NCBI GenBank assembly: GCA_963850305.1
Contig: CAWKKR010000009.1
Coordinates: 50,720 to 114,719, forward strand
Origin: an uncultured delta proteobacterium
GTDB taxonomy: Bacteria; Myxococcota_A; Polyangia; Polyangiales; Polyangiaceae
DNA: 64,000 bases
Direction: 5' to 3'
Positions 41,426 through 51,364 of the stretch are shown here, one piece after another (position 1 is the first letter of the stretch; each line of letters starts with the position of its first letter). Under the pieces are notes generated by a model that had not been told where the DNA came from, ran no database searches, and saw only the letters and a program-made list of their open reading frames with translations. The translations under genes and the position numbers were made by a program.

Positions 41426-42354
41426 CGTTCCCCCTGTTTGCAGTTTTGGAAACTCATTAGCAATGACCCATCAGCGAGCGGCTGCGCCGTGGCCGCCGAC
41501 GACGAGAGGGCCGGAGCTGGTTGCGTGGTCGCCTGCACCGACCCATCAGGCACCGCCTGCGTGCTCGACGCGAACACCGGCCTCACCATGCCTGGATGAC
41601 CATACGCGGCCTTCATGGCGGCTGGCACAAGCCGACTGATCTTTGCTCCGCTACCAGAAGAAAGCGACAGACTTACCCCGTGAACAAGCATGCTGCCTGT
41701 TGTGAGGCACTTGCCACTCGATGGCAAGCACGCCGATATCGGGTTGCCCGCAGCATCCTCAAAGATATGGCTCGAAGAACTTGCATCGAAATTTACCGGT
41801 TGCGAGAATAGCAAAGTTACTTCGTCCTGTTTGGACGGATCATTGGACTGACTTACGCTTTCAATATACACGATGTCTCCAGTGTAGACACTTAACGAAA
41901 ATCCAGCACATCCGAGAATTGCAACGCTGTCGGGCACCGAAGAAGCCACTACGGAGTACCAGGCCCCCTGCAGCAGCGGCGCTACAGAAGCGATATCAAT
42001 TTGCGTGGCACCGTTGTTACCGAACGCACCACTAACCTGCACCGGCACCGCCTTTCCTGAACTATCAGAGACCGATACTGCAGTCGCCACTCGGGCCGCA
42101 ACATCGCTCGCCGACATCAATCCGTTCGCCAACAACTGGACATGAAGGTTTACGCCGAGCCCGCTCTGTACCAAATACGTCGGCTGATATAAATATACCA
42201 TGTATGGAAGAATCGCCGACGCCGCTTGACTGCTCGGTGATGCCGCGAGAATTGCTGGCTGTCCAGACCGCGGCGACGATTGCCCGGTGCCGCACGCCGG
42301 GCCGCCAGAAATAGCTAAACAAGCACAGACGGCCAATTTCCAAAACTTTCGCAT
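41410..42354 (-). CDS. Hypothetical lipoprotein (lower GC)
   Basis: MRKFWKLAVCACLAISGGPAC signal peptide. Confidence 0.7.
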   Translation of the reverse strand: MRKFWKLAVCACLAISGGPACGTGQSSPRSGQPAILAASPSSQAASAILPYMVYLYQPTYLVQSGLGVNLHVQLLANGLMSASDVAARVATAVSVSDSSGKAVPVQVSGAFGNNGATQIDIASVAPLLQGAWYSVVASSVPDSVAILGCAGFSLSVYTGDIVYIESVSQSNDPSKQDEVTLLFSQPVNFDASSSSHIFEDAAGNPISACLPSSGKCLTTGSMLVHGVSLSLSSGSGAKISRLVPAAMKAAYGHPGMVRPVFASSTQAVPDGSVQATTQPAPALSSSAATAQPLADGSLLMSFQNCKQGERCAFF

Positions 42355-42374
42355 GTTCGTCCCCTTTGTGTCAT

Positions 42375-43889
42375 TCACGGTGTGACAGTAACCCCGTTTG
42401 CATAAAACTGGGCGCTTGTACGCAACGAATCCCATTGATCAGGCAGCACCCCAGCAGGCGGCCGTGAATACGGCACTAAACCAGCCGCAGCAAGGAGACT
42501 CCAATTGTCCTGTCCGGCGGCACAGCGACCGGCCGGCGGCACTCCGCCCGCAACCGGATCCAAGCAATGATCAGTCGCAGTACAAAGGGTATGCGAATCG
42601 TATGGGCCGTCCATGATGGTATGGCCGCACCATGGTTCATTGCCGTTAATGTATTCATCACCAAACGACAGCATGCTATGCCCAAACTCATGAGCAATGT
42701 AGAAGGAAATGCTATCCACATTACTGTATTGCGTGCAACCCCTGGCAGGATCAGGAATGTAAGTTCGGTAACCCGGAATGCTCTTGAAGCCACAACCGTC
42801 CACGGGCTTTAATACGAAATCACAGCCGGCCACCGGACCACAGTACGGATAAAGACTAGGATCCCCGCTACTGGAGCACGTACCGGTTGGAACGATTTTA
42901 TGAGTCCAAGTCATCGGCCAAATACCGCCGTTAGTATATTGAGCGACGCGCCCGGAGAGCTCCTTAAGGAACTGAACATAAGGAGCCCAGTAGGGCGCTG
43001 TTGTACTTAATGGTATCTCACCGCAGATTGTATAAGCGGTCTTGGTGGTAGTCGGGTACGCCGACACGTGAAGCACATAGTGTGCTGCGCCTACGTAAGA
43101 ATGTATCCCAATATAATATGTCCCGTTCCCTTGCGACGGCAGGTTTATGAATGCTCCTCCGCCAGCAATAGTCCCAGTAGAATTCCCAGAAAAGTCAATG
43201 TAGTCGTAAGAAGTCTGGTCCGGGAACCGGTTGGTCTTGCTGACGTAAAGATCTAGATCGGGAGACGTGGTCGGGGATGCAAGAACCTCAACGGAAATCG
43301 CGACTCTTTCGTTTGGAGAATGCGAAACATTGAAGTAGTGAGTGTCCCCGGTACCTAACAGGACACCCTCGATTCTATAATTGTTACCTATGTTCCAGCT
43401 AACCGGTGGGGGAATGGTAGCCGAGCACACCAGTGCCAGTGAGTTAACTGTAGGCGTTGAGGCTTCGTTGCCTGAAGCGTCAGTCTTCCATAAAAACTGG
43501 ATGTTGTTAGGATATTGGGTAGTTGAATCTCCAATAAGAAGCGCGCCGGCAAAGCCGTTTGGGTTGTTTCCCGTGTACATGTAGCCCTCGTAGGCACTGG
43601 CTATCGACAAAAAGTCGCTACCATTTAGCCAGACGTTGTTCAGGCTGGGGACAACTATCCCAACGGTTGGCGAGAAGAACACAGACCAATATGAGTACTC
43701 ATTGTTGTTATAAAAACCAGGAGCTTGTGAATAGCGCTCGAACTCGGCGGTGCCGGTGTTTACTGGCAGGACCGTCGGGCTGTAAACGTTCGTCGAGCAG
43801 CTCTGATAGCTAAACGCCGCCCTCGCGGTAGTTAGCGGCAAGAACGTTGCCGTACACATCACAGCAGCTACGCACGTGGAGTGACGCAT
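42375..43889 (-). CDS. Secreted Zn-metallopeptidase-like protein with PPC-like domain (lower GC)
   Basis: Signal peptide; DLDLYV...GTYYIGIHSY; IAHEFGHSMLSFGDEY; SD GAGGAG. Confidence 0.8.
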   Translation of the reverse strand: MRHSTCVAAVMCTATFLPLTTARAAFSYQSCSTNVYSPTVLPVNTGTAEFERYSQAPGFYNNNEYSYWSVFFSPTVGIVVPSLNNVWLNGSDFLSIASAYEGYMYTGNNPNGFAGALLIGDSTTQYPNNIQFLWKTDASGNEASTPTVNSLALVCSATIPPPVSWNIGNNYRIEGVLLGTGDTHYFNVSHSPNERVAISVEVLASPTTSPDLDLYVSKTNRFPDQTSYDYIDFSGNSTGTIAGGGAFINLPSQGNGTYYIGIHSYVGAAHYVLHVSAYPTTTKTAYTICGEIPLSTTAPYWAPYVQFLKELSGRVAQYTNGGIWPMTWTHKIVPTGTCSSSGDPSLYPYCGPVAGCDFVLKPVDGCGFKSIPGYRTYIPDPARGCTQYSNVDSISFYIAHEFGHSMLSFGDEYINGNEPWCGHTIMDGPYDSHTLCTATDHCLDPVAGGVPPAGRCAAGQDNWSLLAAAGLVPYSRPPAGVLPDQWDSLRTSAQFYANGVTVTP

Positions 43890-43953
43890 ACCATGGTTCT
43901 CCTCATTTAGTGGCTATACCCCATTGTCGAAGAAACATTATCGCGTCGGCACG

Positions 43954-43987
43954 AGTGATGTCAACGGAGAAGTGATGTCAACGGAGA
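43954..43987. repeat. 2 x 17-bp tandem repeat AGTGATGTCAACGGAGA
   Basis: Exact adjacent duplication upstream of the metallopeptidase gene. Confidence 0.9.
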
Positions 43988-44155
43988 AATGACCATGGGG
44001 CCGGTCACAACCAATGCCCCTGCAAACGTTCTCGGTCTGCGCGTACCATTCGCGGGCCTATGAGTAACAAATCCGGTACTTGTGCTGTGTCAGGATGCCC
44101 GGAAGCGGCACGTAGGGTGGCCAGAGATCCGGTACTTTCCGGGTAACCTCTTGCC

Positions 44156-44624
44156 CAAAATGTACCGGAAATCCCCGTCCCTGACGGCCCGGGGCCGTCC
44201 GTGGACGGGTGGGGATCGCCGTCGGAGCGCGAGCACCGACGTGATCCGCGGGCCGATTTGCTGATGGGATGAGCCGAATGGAGGGGTCCCCGACGTCGAA
44301 GGGTTGCGACACACCAAGGACGAAAGGAAGCCCGATGGACATCGTGACCCGAACTGCGTTTCTCGCCAAGCCCGAAGTGAAGGAAGTCGTGTGCGATCTG
44401 CGACGACTGGTTCGAAGTGCGCTTCCGCACGGCAATTTTGCAGAACGTGAGGAGGCAGCGCTCACGATCTTCGACGAGGCAATGCGTTCGGTGCTCGAAG
44501 AGGAGCTTCAACACGTCGCCGGAGACCAGGGCGACCAACCCCGTCCTCGTCGTCGACCCGCCGCTCCCCCGCCGTCCCACGACGGCCCCGGGCCGTCAAG
44601 GACGGGGATTTTCGGTACATTTTG
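44156..44624 (+). mobile_element. Internally deleted IS: 44-bp IRL, transposase N-terminus (44335-44520) and unit copy D (44519-44624) as right end
   Basis: IRL CAAAATGTACCGGAAATCCCCGTCCCTGACGGCCCGGGGCCGTC matches the reverse complement of the unit 3' end at 42/44 positions; peptide FAEREEAAL..EEELQ tentatively resembles ISKra4-like N-termini. Confidence 0.8.
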
Positions 44625-45885
44625 GAACGAGCAGATGCTCGGGGCGTTGGGTGATCTCGGTCCCGCTCTTGGCATGACTGGAGAGCTCGGCGTAGGAGGA
44701 CGCATCGCCCACCAGAATGCCGCCGAGGACCTTCTTCCGGTCGTCGCTGAGGACGAGCTTCTTGTAGATGCCGGTGGCGCCGTCGAAGAGACTGACGACT
44801 TTCGAGCCCGCGGTCACGCCGAACGCGTCTCCGAAGCTCGCGACGTCCACGCCGAGGAGCTTGAGCTTCGTGCTCATGTCGAACCCGGTGAACGCCCCGG
44901 CGTCGCTCGCGAGCTGGGCCGCGACGACCTCGGCCATGCGGTATCCGGGGGCCACCAGACCATACGTCCGGTTGGCGAGCGCCGCGCATTCACCGATGGC
45001 GAACACGTCGGGGTCCGTGGTCCGGCAACTCTCGTCGATCGCGATGCCGCCGCGGTCGCCGAGCGCGAGTCCGGAATGGCGCGCGAGCTCGTCGCGCGCA
45101 CGGATCCCCGCCGAGAATACGACGATGTCCGCCGGGAGCTCGCCCTCGTCCTCGAACCGAACGGCGGAGACTCGCCCCTCGTCGTCCGCCAGGATCGATT
45201 GGGTCTTCGCGCTCGTGTGAACGACGATGCCGAGCGCCTCGATGCGGCTCCGGAGCACCGCGGCGCCCACGTCGTCCACCTGAAGCGGCATCAACCGAGG
45301 TGCGAACTCGATGACGTGCGTTAGGAGTCCGAGAGAATGAAGCGCCTTGGCCGCCTCCAGGCCGAGCAATCCGCCGCCGATGACGACGCCGCTCTTCGCG
45401 GTTGCAGAGGCGTCTCGAATCGCCGCGAGATCGTCGAGAGTGCGGTAAACGAAGCACCCGCGGAGATCCTTGCCGGCGATCGACGGCACGAAGGGATACG
45501 ACCCCGTCGCGAGCACGAGCTTGTCATAGTGAAGCTCACGGCCGCGATTCGTCCGGAGCGTGCGGCGAGCGCAATCGAGCTCCGACGCGGATTCGCCGAG
45601 TAGTACCTCGACGCCCCATTCGGCGTATTGCGTCGCGGAGGCGAGCGTCAGCTCGTCCTCGTGACGTCCGTCGAACCAGGCGGATAGGTTCACCCAATCG
45701 TACGCGCGGCGCGGCTCTTCCGCGAGCACCGTGACGTCGAAGGTGCCGGTCAGACCGCGCTCGGCGAGTGCTTCGACGAGGCGATGCCCGACCATCCCGT
45801 GACCGACGACGACGAGCGATGGCCTCGAGCCGAGGGGCCCTGCATGCTCGCCGGAGCCCTGGACCGGCAACACTTCCGTTTCCAT
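44625..45885 (-). pseudogene. nirB: NAD(P)H nitrite reductase large subunit, N-terminal ~420 aa only
   Basis: VVGHGMVG, LATGSYPFVP, VIGGGLLGLEAA, FAIGECA, STKLKLLGVDVASFGD; cut by unit D. Confidence 0.9.
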
Positions 45886-45990
45886 TTCAGCCTCCAGCGC
45901 TCGGGACGCCCGTCGCGAGCTCATCAATCCAATGTTCACCGTGCTGGCTCATGAGGTCCTCGAGGGCTCTGGCAGACTCGAAAGGCGGGC

Positions 45991-46261
45991 TCAGAACGAA
46001 AACGGAATGTCGAGCTGGACGATCTTGTAGCTGTTCTTCTTCATCGGATCGTCGAGCGGGAGCGTCAGCGAGATGCCAGGGTGCAGCCACTTTCCCGGTG
46101 CGACCTCGAAGTGCATCCGCGGACCGAAGGCGACCGTCGTGTTGTCGCGCAGCGTGCCCGTCTTGTCCGCGGCTACCGCCTTCGGCGTGGAGAGCCAGCG
46201 CTGGTGCCGGAGCTCCGCTCCGAGCGACAGCATCGGGATGATGAAATATCCGACGTGAACC
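45991..46261 (-). pseudogene. C-terminal fragment of a probable outer-membrane beta-barrel protein
   Basis: Amphipathic strands ending DIPFSF; 5' part cut by unit E. Confidence 0.55.
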
Positions 46262-46366
46262 CCGGAGACCAGGGCGACCAACCCCGTCCTCGTCGTCGAC
46301 CCGCCGCTCCCCGCCGTCCCACGACGGCCCCGGGCCGTCAAGGACGGGGATTTTCGGTACATTTTG
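46262..46366 (+). repeat. 105-bp unit copy E
   Basis: Identical to copy B. Confidence 0.95.
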
Positions 46367-46530
46367 GAAGGTGCCGTCATGAGCGCCTCAATCACACGTG
46401 CACGGCGCATTCTCCGGTCAACGTTTGGGCGCGCCTGCCAGTGGACATCTAACTACAGGTGGACGCTCGCCGCGAACACCATCGCGATGGCCGAGCAAGC
46501 CCGTCGCCTGGCCGCGCGAAAGGGCAGCCG

Positions 46531-48092
46531 ATGAGGCACCCGAACGACAAATGTCCGATCACGGATCCGCCCGCCAGATATCCAGCAGACCAGGAGCTCA
46601 CGGACGCACTCATCGAAGGCCCCGTAGCGAACCTCCACCGGTGCTACCGCTTCCTGGGTGTGCGCCCGGCCGAATTCCTCGAGCTCCAAGCGCTCAACGT
46701 CCCGCAAGGGAAGAGCTCCTACAAACCGAACTTCTTCGCGCACGCAGCCAACGAAGAGGAGTTCATCAGGCTGTGCGCGGAGATGGAGAATCAGGGAGCA
46801 CCGGCAGTCTACGTAGTGCTCAACCAGATCGATCCAGCGATCGTGACTCGAGCGCCGGCAGGAAAATGGAATCAGCAGCAAAAAGGTGAATCGACTACGG
46901 AAGAGGACATCCAGGTCCGACGAACGATGTACGTGGACATTGACCCCGAAACGCCCTAAGGGGACGTCGGCGACGGACGAGCAGATGAACGAGGCCCACG
47001 CCGTCGGTAAGGCAATCGAGGTTCGGCTCCGGAACATTCTCGGCGAGGATACCACGCTGCGCGGGCAGAGCGGAAATGGCTGTGCGGTCGAGGTGGCGCT
47101 CGAGTACATCGATTCAACGCCGGAAGTCACATCGACGATCCAAAGCATCCTGGAGGCACTCGACGCACTACACGGAACCGCGAGCGTCAAGATAGACCGG
47201 TCCGTTTCCGACGCAAAAAGACTCGCTCCGGCGTTCGGAACGCTCAAGAGGAAGGGGGCACCCGACGTTCCAGAACGACCTCACAGGAGGAGCGCATGCG
47301 TTTGCTCCGATTCCGTTCGCCGCATCGGCCTGGACGAGCTGACGAAGCTGCGCGACGTGCTCGTCGCAGAGGCAGGCGCGAGACCGAAGGGGGCCGCACC
47401 ACGTGCTGCGCCGAGTCCCTCACGACGGGCGGGTGCCGGTGGCGTCTTCGAGCGCGCGAACGCTGCGCCCATCAGAGATGTTGCAGAGTGGCTCGGTCTC
47501 GAGATCGACGGCAACAAGCTGAGGTGTCCTGGCTGCGGCGAGATCGACGGCACTGATCTCCTAGACCACAAAGACATCAACGGCGCCAAATGCCACCATG
47601 ATCGTTGTGCGGAGAAAGGAACGTCAGGGTTTCGCACCGCCGTCGACCTGGTCGCCGAAGCACGCGACGTCAGCCCACTTGCGGCAGCGCGGCTGATCGA
47701 AAAACAGTTCCTCAACCAAACGACGACGTCCGGCGAGGACCCGCTCGCCCGGCTCAGCGCCCTCACCGATCTGGACACGGCAGCGAAAGCGTTGAACGAC
47801 GTGACCTGGCTGGCGTCCGTCGTAGACGCGGGCGAGGGCGCGCGAGCGCGCGTCACGGAAGCCCTCGCACTACATGTCGGTAAGGCCGCGATCAACCGCG
47901 CGTTCAAGTGTGCCCAGGAGACCGCCCACGAAGAGAAGAGAGCAGCCGTGCGGGCGCAGTTCGAGGGAACGTGGCGTGAGAAACTGATCGTCCAAATCAC
48001 CAAGGACGAACAGATCGTTGTCGTTCCGATCGCGGCGAACGTGACGACGATTCTTGCGCTTCTCCGAAGAGTGGTGCGGCATCATCGCTTAC
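46531..48092 (+). pseudogene. Phage/plasmid-type primase-like replication protein, frameshifted and truncated by an IS
   Basis: YVDIDP and SGNG (AEP-like motifs), Zn finger CPGC..CHHDRC, then NVTTIL..EEWCGIIAY cut at the IS end. Confidence 0.6.
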
Positions 48093-49733
48093 GGGTGCAG
48101 TTCCCGATCTGCTGACGAAAAACAAAGCGAGATCGATCGGTTACGACGCGTAGGTTGAAAGGAGGGGCTCATTCGCGGCAGATATCCGGTTGCTAAAACA
48201 AGAACACCAACCGGAAGGAGCCCCATGGCGACGACTATCGAGCGCGCCGAACGGGATGTCCAGAGCGCGAGCGAGCGAGTTCGTAGATGCGCGGAAACGA
48301 AGGACGCGACGACGCTTTCTGCTGTCGAGCGAGAACTCTGGACAGCGCTGCTTCATCTCGGGCGTGCGGTAATGGCCCTGTTTCTCGTGCGATACGCTGC
48401 CCGTCCGCAACCATCGACCTACGAGCATGACGGCGGGCGATTCGCGCTCGACACGGACACGCGGCGTCGGAGCGAGATCGGCACGCGGTTCGGCAAGGTC
48501 GCGTTCGTACGACCCGTGGGTCGTCCAATCGGAGGTCGCCGCTGCACCGACCTTCCCATCGATCGCGAGCTCGGCGCGTGCTCGGGCTTCAGCCTCGGGA
48601 CGGTAACGGCGGTCGTGCATCTCTGCGCGCTGATGGCCTTTGGGACAGCGCGTCGCCTGTTCGCGGAGTTTCACGAGTGGGCGCCGAGCTCGCGTTCGAC
48701 GCTGCGCATGGTCGACGCGGTCGGCGCCGAAGCTCGCGGCTTTCTCGACGCGGATGCTGTGCCCGAGGACGACGGGGAAGTTCTCGTGATCCAGGTCGAC
48801 GGCCGCGGCGCACCGATGATCACCGCGACAGAGCACGCGCGACGCTGTCAGGCGCGACAGAAGGTCAAGGGAACGAAGCGACACGGGCGCCGTCTGCGGC
48901 GACGCGAGCATCCGCGTCCTCGTCGCAAGAAGGGCGACAAGAGCAAGAATGCCAAGGTCGCTTTCGTCGGCGTGATTTACACACTCCGGGCGACGCGCCA
49001 CGGATGGGAGGGACCTATCAACAAGCGCCTGATCGCGACATTCGAGAGCCACGAGGCGCTCTTTCGGTGGCTCGCCGTGCACGCGGAGCGCCGCGGTTAC
49101 GGTCGCAAGCGATGCTTCTTCCTCGCCGATGGCTCCGACCACATCTGGAGAAACCAGCAGGTCCATTTCCCGAAGGCGGTGCCCTGCATCGACTGGTACC
49201 ACGTCGCCGAGAAACTGTGGGAGGCGGGAGGCTGCCTCCATCCCGAGGGCAGCCCGCTGCTTCGTCCGTGGGTCACTGCTCAGCTCGGCAACCTGCGACG
49301 AGGCAAGGTTGCCGAGGTGCTCGAAGACATGGCCACCGCACACAACGCGATCTCGAAGACGGGCCCGGGCAACAAGGGCCGTCGCAAGCGGCTGCTCGGC
49401 ATCATCGAGTACCTCGCCACGCACGAGCAACGCATGCCGTACTGTGCACTCCGCCGTGACGACCTCGACATCGGTACCGGCGCCGTCGAAGGCGCCGTGC
49501 GCAACCTTGTCGGCCTTCGTCTCGACGGGCCCGGAATGCGCTGGGGGCGAGACCGCGCCGAGATGGTCCTCCACCTCCGTTGCATCGTCCTCAACGAGCA
49601 GTGGAGTGACTTCTGTCGCCACCTGGAACGACGCACGCTCAGGCTTGCCGCGACGCCCGTCCCCGCACGAACGCACGACGCGAAACCTCAGCAATCACGC
49701 GAGGCCGCGTGATGCAAATTGGGATCTGCACCC
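48093..49733 (+). mobile_element. ISKra4-like insertion sequence
   Basis: Ends GGGTGCAGTTCCC / GGGATCTGCACCC; no target duplication seen. Confidence 0.9.
48225..49712 (+). CDS. ISKra4-like DDE transposase
   Basis: QVDG, LADGSDHIW, IDWYHVAEKLW, IGTGAVEGAVR..GMRW. Confidence 0.92.
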   Translation: MATTIERAERDVQSASERVRRCAETKDATTLSAVERELWTALLHLGRAVMALFLVRYAARPQPSTYEHDGGRFALDTDTRRRSEIGTRFGKVAFVRPVGRPIGGRRCTDLPIDRELGACSGFSLGTVTAVVHLCALMAFGTARRLFAEFHEWAPSSRSTLRMVDAVGAEARGFLDADAVPEDDGEVLVIQVDGRGAPMITATEHARRCQARQKVKGTKRHGRRLRRREHPRPRRKKGDKSKNAKVAFVGVIYTLRATRHGWEGPINKRLIATFESHEALFRWLAVHAERRGYGRKRCFFLADGSDHIWRNQQVHFPKAVPCIDWYHVAEKLWEAGGCLHPEGSPLLRPWVTAQLGNLRRGKVAEVLEDMATAHNAISKTGPGNKGRRKRLLGIIEYLATHEQRMPYCALRRDDLDIGTGAVEGAVRNLVGLRLDGPGMRWGRDRAEMVLHLRCIVLNEQWSDFCRHLERRTLRLAATPVPARTHDAKPQQSREAA

Positions 49734-49856
49734 AAAGGACCTTCCCGCCACTCGTTTGCTTGGTAACCTGCGCCTGTGATGGTGCGCACACATCGCCCCA
49801 CGCTGGAAAGGACAATAGGAACAGCGCAACAAACACAGCGAACAATCGTCCGTTAG

Positions 49857-51297
49857 CACTACTGCCAGAAAGTTTTCCATCGATCGAGTTTCGTGAGATG
49901 GCCTCACCATGGCCCAAAAAGTCTCCGAAATCGCATCAGCGGCTCGACTCGAGCAGTTCTTCGACCGCGTCGGCACTCACCTGAAGGACTGGCGGAAGCG
50001 AGAGTCGTTCGCGATGTACGCCTTCGGGATCCTGGGGGACGGTGAGCGCAAGAGCGCCGAGCCGATCGCGGCCAGAACGTGCGCCGACCCGAGCCAGACG
50101 AACAACGTGCACAGCAAGCTCTGCTACTTCCTCGGCCGAAGCGAATGGGATGATCGTGCCGTACGCCTCGAGGCCGCTCGGTACGCAATCGACGCCGTGC
50201 AGAAGCGCGAACCCGTGACGACATGGATCGTCGACGACACGGGCTTCCTGAAGCAAGGCTCGCACTCCGTGGGCGTGCAGCGCCAATACACTGGATCGGC
50301 GGGCAAGGTCACGAACTGCCAGGTCGGGGTCAGCCTCGCGGTGGCGACGAGCAGCGAGCAGATCCCACTCGATTTCGAGCTCTATCTCCCCAAGAACTGG
50401 GCAACGGAAGCCGCCCTTCGTGCCAAGGCGCGAATTCCCGATGCGGTCACGTTCAAGACCAAGATCGAGCTTGCCATCGAGATGATCGAGCGCGCCAAGC
50501 TCGCCGAGATCCCGGGCAACATCGTTCTGGCCGACGGTGCGTACGGCGCGAGCTCGGAGTTCAGAAACGCGAGCCGGTCGATGGGATTCGACTTCGGCGT
50601 TGGCATCCCGTCGAGCCTGCGCGTGGTGCGACTCGATCGTCTGGACCGAGCGCGCGGGGACGCGATGACCGCTCTGGAATTGGCGGATGCGCTCGGTCGA
50701 AAAGCGTTCCGCAAAGTGACCTGGCGTCATGGCTCGAAGGCAAAACTGATCTCGCACTTCTGCTTCGTGCGCGTGAAGACGACGCATGACGACGGGCTCA
50801 CCCTGGCCGACCACGAGCCGCTCTGGCTCGTGGCCGAGTGGCTCGATGGCGAAACAAAGCCCACGAAATTCACGCTCACCACGCTGCCGCGACGCATGAG
50901 CCGGAAGCAGATCGTCCGGATCTTCAAGGAACGCTGGCGCACCGAACGCATGTACGAGGACCTGAAGGGCGAACTCGGACTCGACCACTTCGAAGGTCGC
51001 TCGTTCACCGGCTGGCATCACCACGTCTCCGTCGTCTTATGTTGCTACGCCTTCGTCATATCCGAGCGCGTCAGCGCTTTTCCCCCCTCGGCCGGAGGGC
51101 GCAGTCGAGACGGTCAGATCTCCGTCGCGGCCTGAGCGACACTTCGCCGACTCCTTCATCACCGCTCGCCTCGCCATCGCCCTCTTCCTCGCCCGCTGGC
51201 TCCCGCGCTGCCCCCTCTGTCACCAGCCACATCCACCTTCGCGATGCCCGCAGGAGCAACCTACCCGTGCCGCATGACGGAATTTCTGACAGTAGTG
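49857..51297 (+). mobile_element. IS701-family element with TTAG target duplication
   Basis: IRs CACTACTGCCAGAAA / TTTCTGACAGTAGTG flanked by TTAG (49853-49856 and 51298-51301). Confidence 0.93.
49909..51135 (+). CDS. IS701 transposase
   Basis: IVDDTGFLKQG.HSVGVQRQYTG..GKVTNCQ; LKGELGLDHFEGRS..GWHHH. Confidence 0.95.
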   Translation: MAQKVSEIASAARLEQFFDRVGTHLKDWRKRESFAMYAFGILGDGERKSAEPIAARTCADPSQTNNVHSKLCYFLGRSEWDDRAVRLEAARYAIDAVQKREPVTTWIVDDTGFLKQGSHSVGVQRQYTGSAGKVTNCQVGVSLAVATSSEQIPLDFELYLPKNWATEAALRAKARIPDAVTFKTKIELAIEMIERAKLAEIPGNIVLADGAYGASSEFRNASRSMGFDFGVGIPSSLRVVRLDRLDRARGDAMTALELADALGRKAFRKVTWRHGSKAKLISHFCFVRVKTTHDDGLTLADHEPLWLVAEWLDGETKPTKFTLTTLPRRMSRKQIVRIFKERWRTERMYEDLKGELGLDHFEGRSFTGWHHHVSVVLCCYAFVISERVSAFPPSAGGRSRDGQISVAA

Positions 51298-51364
51298 TTA
51301 GCCATTTGGATGGAGACCTTTGGAGGATTCCCGTTTGGACTGTTGCCGGGAGAACAACAGCTAG

